NCBI GenBank assembly: GCA_036516895.1
Contig: DATDZD010000016.1
Span: 1-51,743 of the forward strand
From: Minisyncoccota bacterium
GTDB taxonomy: Bacteria > Patescibacteriota > Minisyncoccia > Phycocordibacterales > PALSA-1337
DNA length: 51,743 bases
Direction of reading: 5' to 3'
Positions 24,923 through 32,968 of this stretch are shown in pieces. Position numbers and translations under genes: made by a program. The notes under the pieces are model-generated. The model worked only from the letters and a program-made list of their open reading frames with translations. It did not search any database and was not told where the DNA came from. How positions within the stretch are numbered: the stretch's first letter is position 1; every line of letters starts with the position of its first letter.

Positions 24923-25552
24923 ATGGATATTCTCGCACAACTTTTTGGAAGCGTTCTCAGGGTGAAGCTTATGCGTCTTTTTCTTTTCAATAATGAAAAC
25001 GCTTTTGGTCTGTCAGAAATCTCAAAAAGAGTCAAAACTCCTTCAGGTGAAGTGAGGAAAGAACTGACGCGTCTTATCTCGGCAAGCATTGTCAAGAAGA
25101 GGTCGGTGGTCAGGGAAATACATTCAAGAAAGAGCGCAAATCCTTCTGTGCATAAAATCCACGAACTAGGTTATTCTCTTGACCAGAAATTTCCTTATCT
25201 TTCCGCCCTAAAGACTCTTCTTATTACAGTTAGCTTGCATGCCGACGACTCTCTGATGAAGAAATTCACTAATATTGGCAGGATTAAACTTCTTATTGCG
25301 TCAGGAGTGTTTATTCAAGAATGGGATACTAGGGTAGACCTTCTCGTGGTGGGGGATGACCTTAGCATGAATAGAGTTGAAACTGTCATGAAATCTATTG
25401 AGTCGGAAGTTGGAAAGGAAATCTCTTATTCGGCGTTTGAGACTGAAGATTTTGAATATCGTCTCGGCATACATGACCGTCTTATAAGAGATATTCTTGA
25501 TTCTTCGCATACTGTATTGATTGATAAGATTGGCTTAGAGACAAATAAATAG
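24923..25552 (+). CDS. winged-helix DNA-binding protein with a C-terminal nucleotidyltransferase-like region (hypothetical)
   Basis: The N-terminal wHTH pattern is LRVKLMRLFLFNNENAFGLSEISKRVKTPSGEVRKELTRLISASIV. The C-terminal LLIASGVF...VDLLVVGD resembles a minimal NTase fold. Confidence 0.5.
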   Translation: MDILAQLFGSVLRVKLMRLFLFNNENAFGLSEISKRVKTPSGEVRKELTRLISASIVKKRSVVREIHSRKSANPSVHKIHELGYSLDQKFPYLSALKTLLITVSLHADDSLMKKFTNIGRIKLLIASGVFIQEWDTRVDLLVVGDDLSMNRVETVMKSIESEVGKEISYSAFETEDFEYRLGIHDRLIRDILDSSHTVLIDKIGLETNK

Positions 25553-25583
25553 GTTTTTGTTATTTATAAGCTATCCACAAGCT

Positions 25584-25627
25584 CCCTTTGCATCAGCCGA
25601 TGCCATAGGGATTTTGTGTGTTATAAT
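25584..25627 (+). promoter_or_regulatory. terminator-like hairpin followed by an extended -10 promoter
   Basis: An imperfect hairpin CCCTTTGCATC / GATGCCATAGGG (25584-25610) is followed by TGTTATAAT (25619-25627), 40 nt upstream of the ATG at 25667. Confidence 0.35.
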
Positions 25628-25666
25628 TAATTCATTATTAAGTAAGTATTAGAAAATTAAAATTTT

Positions 25667-26359
25667 ATGACTTTTGTACAAAATTGGGGTGAAGTTTTCA
25701 CCAATTCATTACAAGGGATATGGTATGGAATAGCAAGCTTCATTCCTACTCTTGTTATAGCAATAATTGTTTTTGCAATCGGTTGGGTTCTCGCCGCTCT
25801 TATAGAGAAGGTGGTAGAAAGTGTTTTCAAGGCAATAAAAGTTGACAATGCTTTGAAAAGCGCTGGTTTTGAAGATGTTATGAAGAGAACAGGTCATCCT
25901 CTCAATTCGGGCATCTTTGTGGGAGCTCTTATCAAATGGTTTATCATCATTGTCTTTCTTATCGCATCATTTGATGTTTTAGGTCTCACTCAAGTCAATG
26001 ATTTTCTAAAGGATGTAGTTCTCTCATATCTTCCTCAAGTCATCGTCGCTGTACTTGTTCTTATGGTGGCTGTGGTTATTGCTGAAACAATGCAAAAATT
26101 TGTTATGGCAAGCGCTCGCGCGGCGCATGTGAAGTCGGCTCATTTTCTAGGTGTCATCGCTCGCTGGTCTATCTGGATTTTTGCTATACTTACAGCGCTT
26201 TATCAGTTGGGTATTGCTCCAGGTCTTATTCAGACAGTTGTCATGGGTGTGATTGCCGGAGCGGCTCTTGCGTTAGGTCTTGCTTTTGGTCTTGGTGGCA
26301 AGGATTATGCTTCAGGAGTTATTGAAAAAACAATGAAGAGATTGGAGGAGAAGGAGTAG
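25667..26359 (+). CDS. membrane protein with conserved TM-helix repeats (mechanosensitive-channel N-terminal-like)
   Basis: 230 aa with repeated units of 'TM helix plus short amphipathic segment' (IPTLVIAIIVFAIGWVLAALIEKVV..., LPQVIVAVLVLMVAVVIAETMQKFV...). Confidence 0.55.
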   Translation: MTFVQNWGEVFTNSLQGIWYGIASFIPTLVIAIIVFAIGWVLAALIEKVVESVFKAIKVDNALKSAGFEDVMKRTGHPLNSGIFVGALIKWFIIIVFLIASFDVLGLTQVNDFLKDVVLSYLPQVIVAVLVLMVAVVIAETMQKFVMASARAAHVKSAHFLGVIARWSIWIFAILTALYQLGIAPGLIQTVVMGVIAGAALALGLAFGLGGKDYASGVIEKTMKRLEEKE

Positions 26360-26414
26360 AAAATTTAAGGGTTTTTGTTCTGTGGACGAATTTCATCTCA
26401 ATCTTACATAAGAG

Positions 26415-26443
26415 AAAACCGCTTTTATTTGGCGGTTTTTTTG
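26415..26443 (+). terminator. rho-independent terminator
   Basis: AACCGC (26417-22) pairs with GCGGTT (32-37), followed by a T7 tract. Confidence 0.65.
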
Positions 26444-26499
26444 ATGACTATTGATTCTAACTTTCAAATCTTTATTTTTTATTGTATTATGATTTTAAT

Positions 26500-29139
26500 A
26501 TGAAACCTTATGACCACCTAAAGATAGAGAAGAAATGGCAGAAATATTGGGAATCAAAGAAGCTTTTTCAGGCAAAAGGAGATACTAAAAAAGATTTTTT
26601 TCGTAAAAAATTCTACTCTCTCATAGAATTTCCTTATCCTTCTGGAGACGGTCTTCATGTTGGACATATACGAAGCAATACAGCAATGGATATTATTTCT
26701 CATAAACGCAGGAGAGAAGGATACAATGTACTTTATCCCATTGGTTGGGATGCTTTCGGTCTTCCTACAGAAAACTACGCTATCAAGACTGGTATTCAGC
26801 CAGCAGTGGTCACGAAGAAGAATAGCGATATATTTAGACGCCAGCTCAAAGCTCTCGGCTTTTCTTTTGATTGGTCTAGAGAAATAAATACTACCGACCC
26901 AAAATATTACAAATGGACACAATGGATTTTTCTTAAATTTTTTGAAAAAGGTTTGGCGTATAAAAAGAAAATGTCTATCAACTGGTGTCCGAAGGACCTT
27001 ATTGGTCTTGCCAATGAAGAAGTGGTGGATGGTTGTTGCGAGCGATGTGGGACTCCTGTGGAAAAACGGGAGAAAGAACAATGGATGTTGGCTATCACAA
27101 AATATGCAAACCGCCTAGATAAAGACTTGGATGATGTTGATTATTTGGAAAAGATAAAGATACAACAGAGGAATTGGATAGGGAAGAGCGAGGGGGCGGA
27201 GATAGAATTTGAAATTATCTTTAAAAATGGTGGCCACTCCGGCAAAATAACAGTATATACCACTAGACCAGATACAATATTCGGCACAACATACCTAGTG
27301 TTTTCTCCTGAACACCCTTGGGTTACTCTTGCTATCAATACAAATCACAAAAAAGTTTTTGATAATATAGAAGAAGTCAAAAGATATATTATAGAAGCTA
27401 AAAACAAAAAAGAATATGAAAGAATTTCAGTTGAAAAAGAAAAAACTGGAATTGAGCTAAAAGGTGTTATGGCCATAAATCCCGCCACAAAAGAAGAAAT
27501 TCCAGTTTGGATTGCGGACTATGTTCTAGCGGATTATGGCACTGGAGCTGTGATGGCGGTGCCGGCTCATGATGAGAGGGATTATGATTTTGCGAAGAAA
27601 TATGGGTTAGTAATCAAACAAGTCATAACTCCTTATAATACTGAAGTCGCAGGTTGTTTTATAGGTAAGGGCAAAATAATAAATTCAAATCAATTTAACG
27701 ATAAAGATTCAGAATCAATAAAAAAAGAAATTACGGTTTTTGTTGGTGGAAAATGGGTCACAAAATACAAACTCCGCGATTGGATATTTTCTCGCCAAAG
27801 ATATTGGGGGGAACCGATACCTGTGGTGCATTGTGAGAAATGTGGAACCGTGCCCGTTCCAGAAAAAGATTTGCCGTTGAAACTTCCAAAAGTTAAAAAT
27901 TATAAACCGACAGAGACAGGAGAATCTCCTCTTGCAAGCATATCAAAATGGGTCAATACAAAATGCCCAAAATGCAAAGGAAAAGCAAAAAGAGAGACTG
28001 ACACTATGCCAAACTGGGCGGGGTCAAGTTGGTATTATTTGCGTTATATTGACCCAAAAAATAAGAAAGCATTTGCTTCTATGGAAAAATTGGAATATTG
28101 GCTTGGCAAAGACAATACTGGAGGTGTGGACTGGTATAACGGAGGTATGGAGCATACTACTTTACACCTCCTCTATTCTCGTTTTTGGCATAAATTTCTT
28201 TTTGACTTGGGATTAGTACCAACAAATGAACCATACAAGAAGCGCACTTCGCATGGTCTCATATTGGCGGGGAAAAATGAGAAGATGTCAAAATCAAAAG
28301 GCAATGTGGTAAACCCTGACGATATTATAAAGCATGTAGGAGCAGATGCTTTGCGTCTATATGAAATGTTTATGGGACCTTTTGAACAACATATTTCTTG
28401 GGATGAAAATGGCGTGGTTGGTACGAAGAGATTTATTGAAAAGGTTTGGAAATTGCAGGAGAAGGTTGTGGACAGCTATGGTCAAGTTGATATCACAAGC
28501 GAAATTGCCATAGCTAATGGACAGGTTTCCGCGTCCTCTCAGCGACAGCAGGTCTCCCTTCGTGGCTTCGCCAGTCGGGAGATTGCTCTCGCTTGCGGAC
28601 GCGACTTAACCATAGACAGAGGACGCGGATACGAAACTCTAGATATGGTAAATACTGACACACTCATCCACAAAACCATAAAAAAGGTTTCAGAAGATAT
28701 TGAAAATATGAAGTTCAATACCGCTATCAGCTCTATGATGATATTGGTTAATGAGCTTGAAAGACAGCCAACAATTACAATAGAGCATTACTCAATTCTA
28801 TTACAACTTCTCGCGCCTTTTGCTCCGCATGTCACAGAAGAATTGTGGGTAAATTTTGGCGAAAATACAAACAGCAACAAGTCAATTCACCTTTCTCCGT
28901 GGCCTCTATTTGACCAAAGAAAAATTATGGAAGCTTCTACAACTATTATGGTCCAAATTAATGGAAAAGTCAGAGGAAGTTTTATTGCAGATATTAATGC
29001 GAGCGAAGAAATATTAAAAAATACAGCTTTGAATATACGCGAAATAAGAAAATGGATAGATGATAAAGAAATATTGAAGACTATTATTATAAAAGGGAAA
29101 TTGGTTAGTATAGTGACGCGAGATTATGGAACATCATAG
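26500..29139 (+). CDS. leuS: leucyl-tRNA synthetase (carries an in-frame palindromic element at 28521-28605)
   Basis: HIGH (GLHVGHIRS), KMSKS (EKMSKSKGN), a CP1 editing domain and FNTAISSMM. The ATG at 26500 (MKPYDHLKIEKKWQKYW) is preferred over the TTG at 26482. Confidence 0.95.
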   Translation: MKPYDHLKIEKKWQKYWESKKLFQAKGDTKKDFFRKKFYSLIEFPYPSGDGLHVGHIRSNTAMDIISHKRRREGYNVLYPIGWDAFGLPTENYAIKTGIQPAVVTKKNSDIFRRQLKALGFSFDWSREINTTDPKYYKWTQWIFLKFFEKGLAYKKKMSINWCPKDLIGLANEEVVDGCCERCGTPVEKREKEQWMLAITKYANRLDKDLDDVDYLEKIKIQQRNWIGKSEGAEIEFEIIFKNGGHSGKITVYTTRPDTIFGTTYLVFSPEHPWVTLAINTNHKKVFDNIEEVKRYIIEAKNKKEYERISVEKEKTGIELKGVMAINPATKEEIPVWIADYVLADYGTGAVMAVPAHDERDYDFAKKYGLVIKQVITPYNTEVAGCFIGKGKIINSNQFNDKDSESIKKEITVFVGGKWVTKYKLRDWIFSRQRYWGEPIPVVHCEKCGTVPVPEKDLPLKLPKVKNYKPTETGESPLASISKWVNTKCPKCKGKAKRETDTMPNWAGSSWYYLRYIDPKNKKAFASMEKLEYWLGKDNTGGVDWYNGGMEHTTLHLLYSRFWHKFLFDLGLVPTNEPYKKRTSHGLILAGKNEKMSKSKGNVVNPDDIIKHVGADALRLYEMFMGPFEQHISWDENGVVGTKRFIEKVWKLQEKVVDSYGQVDITSEIAIANGQVSASSQRQQVSLRGFASREIALACGRDLTIDRGRGYETLDMVNTDTLIHKTIKKVSEDIENMKFNTAISSMMILVNELERQPTITIEHYSILLQLLAPFAPHVTEELWVNFGENTNSNKSIHLSPWPLFDQRKIMEASTTIMVQINGKVRGSFIADINASEEILKNTALNIREIRKWIDDKEILKTIIIKGKLVSIVTRDYGTS
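28521..28605. repeat. 85-nt GC-rich hairpin element, copy A (in frame within leuS)
   Basis: About 90% identical to 32728-32811. Its arms are CGCGTCC...AGCGACAGCAGGTCTCCC and GGGAGATTGCTCTCGCTTGCGGACGCG. It is translated as QVSASSQRQQVSLRGFASREIALACGRD. Confidence 0.75.
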
Positions 29140-29253
29140 ATTACAGACAATATAAGAATATGGCAATAGACCAATATTTGACTTGTATACAATAAGGTGA
29201 TACAACATATATACAATACAAAGTAATATAGAAGCTATATAAACAAATCTCAT

Positions 29254-30300
29254 ATGGTAAACATAACATTCAAACCAAAGCAATCAACCAAGAGACTTCT
29301 TTCTGTTCTACCAGACAGAGCTCGTGATGTTCTTATCAGCAGATATGGACTTGGCAAAAGTGAAAGAAAAATGACTCTTGACGCCATAGGAAAAACTTAC
29401 GGCATTACTCGTGAACGCGTTCGTCAAATAGAAAATTACGCTTTGACCAATATCAGAAAATCGGACGCTTATAAAGCCGAAAAATCTGTTTTCAGCGAGC
29501 TTGAAGAACTCATTCATTCTCTTGGCGGTATTGTCGTTGAAGATGATTTTTTAGGTTCTTTATCAAAAGACAAGATTCTCCAAAATCACATCAATTTCCT
29601 TTTGGTGATTGGTGATTCGTTTAAGAAAAAGAAAGAAGATGAAGAATTCAAACACAGATGGCATGTCAATGAAGCGTTGGCAAAACAAGTTGAGGAATCT
29701 CTCAAAAAGCTTTATTCTAGTCTGACTGTCGCCGACCTTCTGCCAGAATCAGAGATGGTCAATAAATTCTTGGAACATTTGGAAGATGTTTCAGAAAAAT
29801 ACAAGAATCAAGAGGTGGTCAAAAGATGGTTGGGGCTTTCAAAATCTGTGGGGAAAAACGCCATAGGCGAATGGGGAGTATCTCATTCTCCAAATATAAA
29901 GACAAAAGGAATGAGAGATTACGCTTTTCTAGTTATTAGAAAACACGGTTCTCCCATCCATTTCAAAGAAGTGGCAAAGCAGATAAGCGCAATATTCAAG
30001 AAGAAAGCTCATGTGGCTACTACTCACAATGAACTCATAAAAGACCCCCGTTTTGTCCTTGTTGGAAGAGGTCTCTACGCTCTAGCTGAATGGGGCTATA
30101 TGTCCGGAGTAGTCAAAGATGTCATAAAGAAAATATTAGAGAAAAATGGTCCTCTTAACAAAGAAGATATTATAGATAGGGTCATGAAAGAACGCTATGT
30201 CAAAGAAAACACCATTATGGTCAATCTGCAGAATCAGAAATATTTCAAGAAAAATAAGGAAGGAAAGTATCAGACAATTGGTCAAATAGTGACAGTCTAG
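29254..30300 (+). CDS. sigma-70 region-4-like HTH plus C-terminal HARE-HTH domain protein
   Basis: N-terminal LPDRARDVLISRYGLG...MTLDAIGKTYGITRERVRQIENYALTNIRK matches region 4.2. C-terminal MRDYAFLVIRKHGSPIHFKEVA...FVLVGRGLYALAEWGY matches HARE-HTH, as in the RNAP delta subunit. Confidence 0.65.
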   Translation: MVNITFKPKQSTKRLLSVLPDRARDVLISRYGLGKSERKMTLDAIGKTYGITRERVRQIENYALTNIRKSDAYKAEKSVFSELEELIHSLGGIVVEDDFLGSLSKDKILQNHINFLLVIGDSFKKKKEDEEFKHRWHVNEALAKQVEESLKKLYSSLTVADLLPESEMVNKFLEHLEDVSEKYKNQEVVKRWLGLSKSVGKNAIGEWGVSHSPNIKTKGMRDYAFLVIRKHGSPIHFKEVAKQISAIFKKKAHVATTHNELIKDPRFVLVGRGLYALAEWGYMSGVVKDVIKKILEKNGPLNKEDIIDRVMKERYVKENTIMVNLQNQKYFKKNKEGKYQTIGQIVTV

Positions 30301-30373
30301 TGAGACAGTCTATCATTTCAACATATACAGAGTTACAACCCTGTCCATTTTTTCTTCAATCGGCTATACTATA

Positions 30374-31657
30374 ATGTATATGATTCGTTTCGGAGATTAT
30401 ATTCCTCTTTTATATCTACAATTTGAGCAAACACTTCTACCCGGTGTTTACAATTTTCTTGTCATATTTTCTCTTCCAACACTTACTTTGATTCTTCTCT
30501 GCATATTTTGGCCATTATGGGTGACTTATGTAAGGGCTAAAAACTTTTTTTCAATTAAATATACCGTCTTTGAAATAAAACTTCCGAAAGACACTTATAA
30601 GTCGCCAAAAGCCATGGAGCTCTTGCTTCACGCTATGCACAATACAGCCAATGGCAACAATTTGGCTCAATTTTGGAAAGGAGAGACTAGGCCATGGTAT
30701 TCTCTTGAACTCATTTCAATAGAAGGCAGGGTCAAGTTTATGATTTGGGCGGAAGACAGGAGAAAGATTGGACTCATGTCGGCTCTTTATGCCCAATTTC
30801 CCGGAATTGAGGTGCGTGAGGTGGAAGATTATGCCAAAAGTGTGCATTATGACCCAAAGACTATGAAGATTTGGGCGTCTGAATTCAAATTTACAAAAGA
30901 CGACCCATATCCTATTAAAACATATGTTGATTATGGTCTTGATAAAGACCCAAAAGAAGAGTTTAAAGTTGACCCTTTAGTGCCGGGTATTGAATTCTTG
31001 AGTGCGGTTGGACCAAATCAACAAATTTGGATACAGATTATGATAATAGCTCATATTAAAGGTCAGAAAAAACCCGGACATTTATTTAAAAAAACTGACC
31101 TTTGGAAAGACAAGGCCAATGCGGAGATTGACAAGATAATGCAACGCCATCCAGAGACAAAAGTGGCGGGGAAATTGAATAAAGATACAGGTCGCATTAC
31201 TCCGCCAACTTTGAGCGACCACGAAAAAGAAATTGTCACAGCTCTTGGCAGAAGCATAACCAAATTGCCATTTGATGTTGGTATTCGTGTTCTATATATA
31301 GCCAAGAAAGAAGCGTTTGATACTCCATTTGGCATTGGAGGTTGTATTTCTTTCTTTAAGAATTTTAATACAGAGCATCTGAATGGCTTTCGTCCCGATG
31401 GAGATAAATGGACAAACACACTTGATGCTCCATGGAAAGATTTTAGGGATATTCGCAGGAATCGCTATTCCAATATGGGGCTTTTGGCTTACAAGATGCG
31501 CTCGTATTTTTACCCCCCTTTTGATGCTACTCCTCTTGTTCTCAATACAGAGGAGCTCGCGACTATTTACCATTTTCCCGGCTCTGTTTCCAACGCTCCG
31601 GGTTTGGAAAGAGTTCCTTCAAAGAAGAGCGAAGCTCCTGCTAATTTACCAATCTAG
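30374..31657 (+). CDS. conserved hypothetical membrane-anchored protein
   Basis: 427 aa with an N-terminal TM pair followed by a large soluble domain (EIKLPKDTYKSPKAMELLLHAMH..., C-terminal LNTEELATIYHFPG). I can assign no catalytic motif. Confidence 0.55.
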   Translation: MYMIRFGDYIPLLYLQFEQTLLPGVYNFLVIFSLPTLTLILLCIFWPLWVTYVRAKNFFSIKYTVFEIKLPKDTYKSPKAMELLLHAMHNTANGNNLAQFWKGETRPWYSLELISIEGRVKFMIWAEDRRKIGLMSALYAQFPGIEVREVEDYAKSVHYDPKTMKIWASEFKFTKDDPYPIKTYVDYGLDKDPKEEFKVDPLVPGIEFLSAVGPNQQIWIQIMIIAHIKGQKKPGHLFKKTDLWKDKANAEIDKIMQRHPETKVAGKLNKDTGRITPPTLSDHEKEIVTALGRSITKLPFDVGIRVLYIAKKEAFDTPFGIGGCISFFKNFNTEHLNGFRPDGDKWTNTLDAPWKDFRDIRRNRYSNMGLLAYKMRSYFYPPFDATPLVLNTEELATIYHFPGSVSNAPGLERVPSKKSEAPANLPI

Positions 31658-31685
31658 TCTTGCCTCATAATTCTGAAATTAATAT

Positions 31686-32723
31686 ATGGCTTATACCCCA
31701 ACTCCCACATCGCCTTTTCCCAGAGATTCTTTATCTGGCAGAAATGTCTCACCTATCTATACTTTTCCGTGGAAATCTTTCTTATGGAGATTTTTCTCTG
31801 TCGCATTGGCGATTCTCATCATTCTATTTTTTTATAATACTCGTCCACCAAAAGCTTTTCCGTCTGGCTTTATTTTCCATATAGAGAAAAATACATCTCT
31901 CTCCGATATAGCCGACATGTTAGTGAAGAAAAGAATCATTCGTTCACAGTTTATTTTCAAAGCAAGCACGGTTTTTTTCAATCTTAATTTGAAAGACGGT
32001 GTTTTTGCTGGCGAGTATCTTTTTCAAGAACCGACAAATGTATGGACTACGGCCTACAGAATGGTAAAAGGCGACCAAGGTCTTCCCAGAATAAAAATAT
32101 CTATTCCAGAGGGAAGTACGGTAGATGATATAGCTTTTATTCTTCAGAAAGAAATTCCAAACTTTAATGCTCCATATTTTGTAAAAGTCGCAAAAAGTGC
32201 TGAGGGTTATCTTTTTCCGGATACATATTTCTTTTATCAAAATACTACCGCTCTTGAAATCGTGGATTCTATGCGTAGGACATTTGATGAGAAATTACAA
32301 GGGCTTATTTTCAATATAGGGCTTTCTAGAAGAAAAATAGAAGATATTGTAACAATGGCATCCATAATAGAGAAGGAGGCCTCAAGCACAAAAGATAGGA
32401 TGCTTATTGCCGATGTTTTATGGAAACGCCTTGATGAAGGGATGTTGCTTCAGACAGACCCAACTGTTCTTTATATCACTTCAAATCTTAATAACGGTCA
32501 TGTTTCTATAGCCGATACAAAAATAGATTCTCCATACAATACTTATAAATACAAAGGTTTGCCAAAAGGACCCATTTCAAATCCTAGTTTGGATGCTTTG
32601 AAGGCGAGTATAAATTCTACAAAGAATCCATATTTTTATTACTTGGCGGATAAAAAGGGGAATATGCATTATGCTGTGGATTATGAAGGGCATTTGGAGA
32701 ATAAAGATAAATATTTGAGGTAA
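31686..32723 (+). CDS. mltG: endolytic murein transglycosylase MltG (YceG-like)
   Basis: N-terminal TM segment and YceG signatures (EGYLFPDTYFF, ASIIEKEA, LQTDPTVLY, YNTYKYKGLPKGPISNP). Confidence 0.9.
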   Translation: MAYTPTPTSPFPRDSLSGRNVSPIYTFPWKSFLWRFFSVALAILIILFFYNTRPPKAFPSGFIFHIEKNTSLSDIADMLVKKRIIRSQFIFKASTVFFNLNLKDGVFAGEYLFQEPTNVWTTAYRMVKGDQGLPRIKISIPEGSTVDDIAFILQKEIPNFNAPYFVKVAKSAEGYLFPDTYFFYQNTTALEIVDSMRRTFDEKLQGLIFNIGLSRRKIEDIVTMASIIEKEASSTKDRMLIADVLWKRLDEGMLLQTDPTVLYITSNLNNGHVSIADTKIDSPYNTYKYKGLPKGPISNPSLDALKASINSTKNPYFYYLADKKGNMHYAVDYEGHLENKDKYLR

Positions 32724-32727
32724 AAGA

Positions 32728-32811
32728 ACAGTATCCGCAACCTCTCGGCGACAGCAGGTCTCCCTTCGTGGCTTCACCAGTCGGGAGACTGCTCTCGCCT
32801 GCGGTTGCGAC
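32728..32811. repeat. 84-nt GC-rich hairpin element, copy B (intergenic, 5 nt after the mltG stop)
   Basis: A paralogue of 28521-28605. Its differences include paired, stem-preserving substitutions (CGCGTCC/GGACGCG versus CGCAACC/GGTTGCG). Confidence 0.75.
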
Positions 32812-32968
32812 AAGTTTGGAAAGTTGCAAAAAATTATTTTTTTATGAATATTTTAACTATTTCTCTTGCTTTAAATACATTTTGTAGTAATATGATTATT
32901 AGACAGCACCTTTTGTAAGGTGCTTTGACTTTTTGAAAACCACAAACAAAAATCAACGACATAAACCT

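Noticed and set aside
26554-27338. Antisense or alternative-frame ORFs inside leuS (26554..27081 -, 26657..26887 +, 26907..27098 -, 27141..27338 -; also 27932..28216 +).
   Set aside because: They are fully contained in the LeuRS frame, have low-complexity or hydrophobic composition typical of AT-rich antisense frames, and carry no motifs.
31383-31884. ORFs 31383..31670 + and 31660..31884 +, overlapping the end of 30374..31657 and the start of mltG.
   Set aside because: They are alternative frames of two well-supported genes, and their composition (Leu/Phe/Ile-rich) is typical of off-frame AT-rich sequence.
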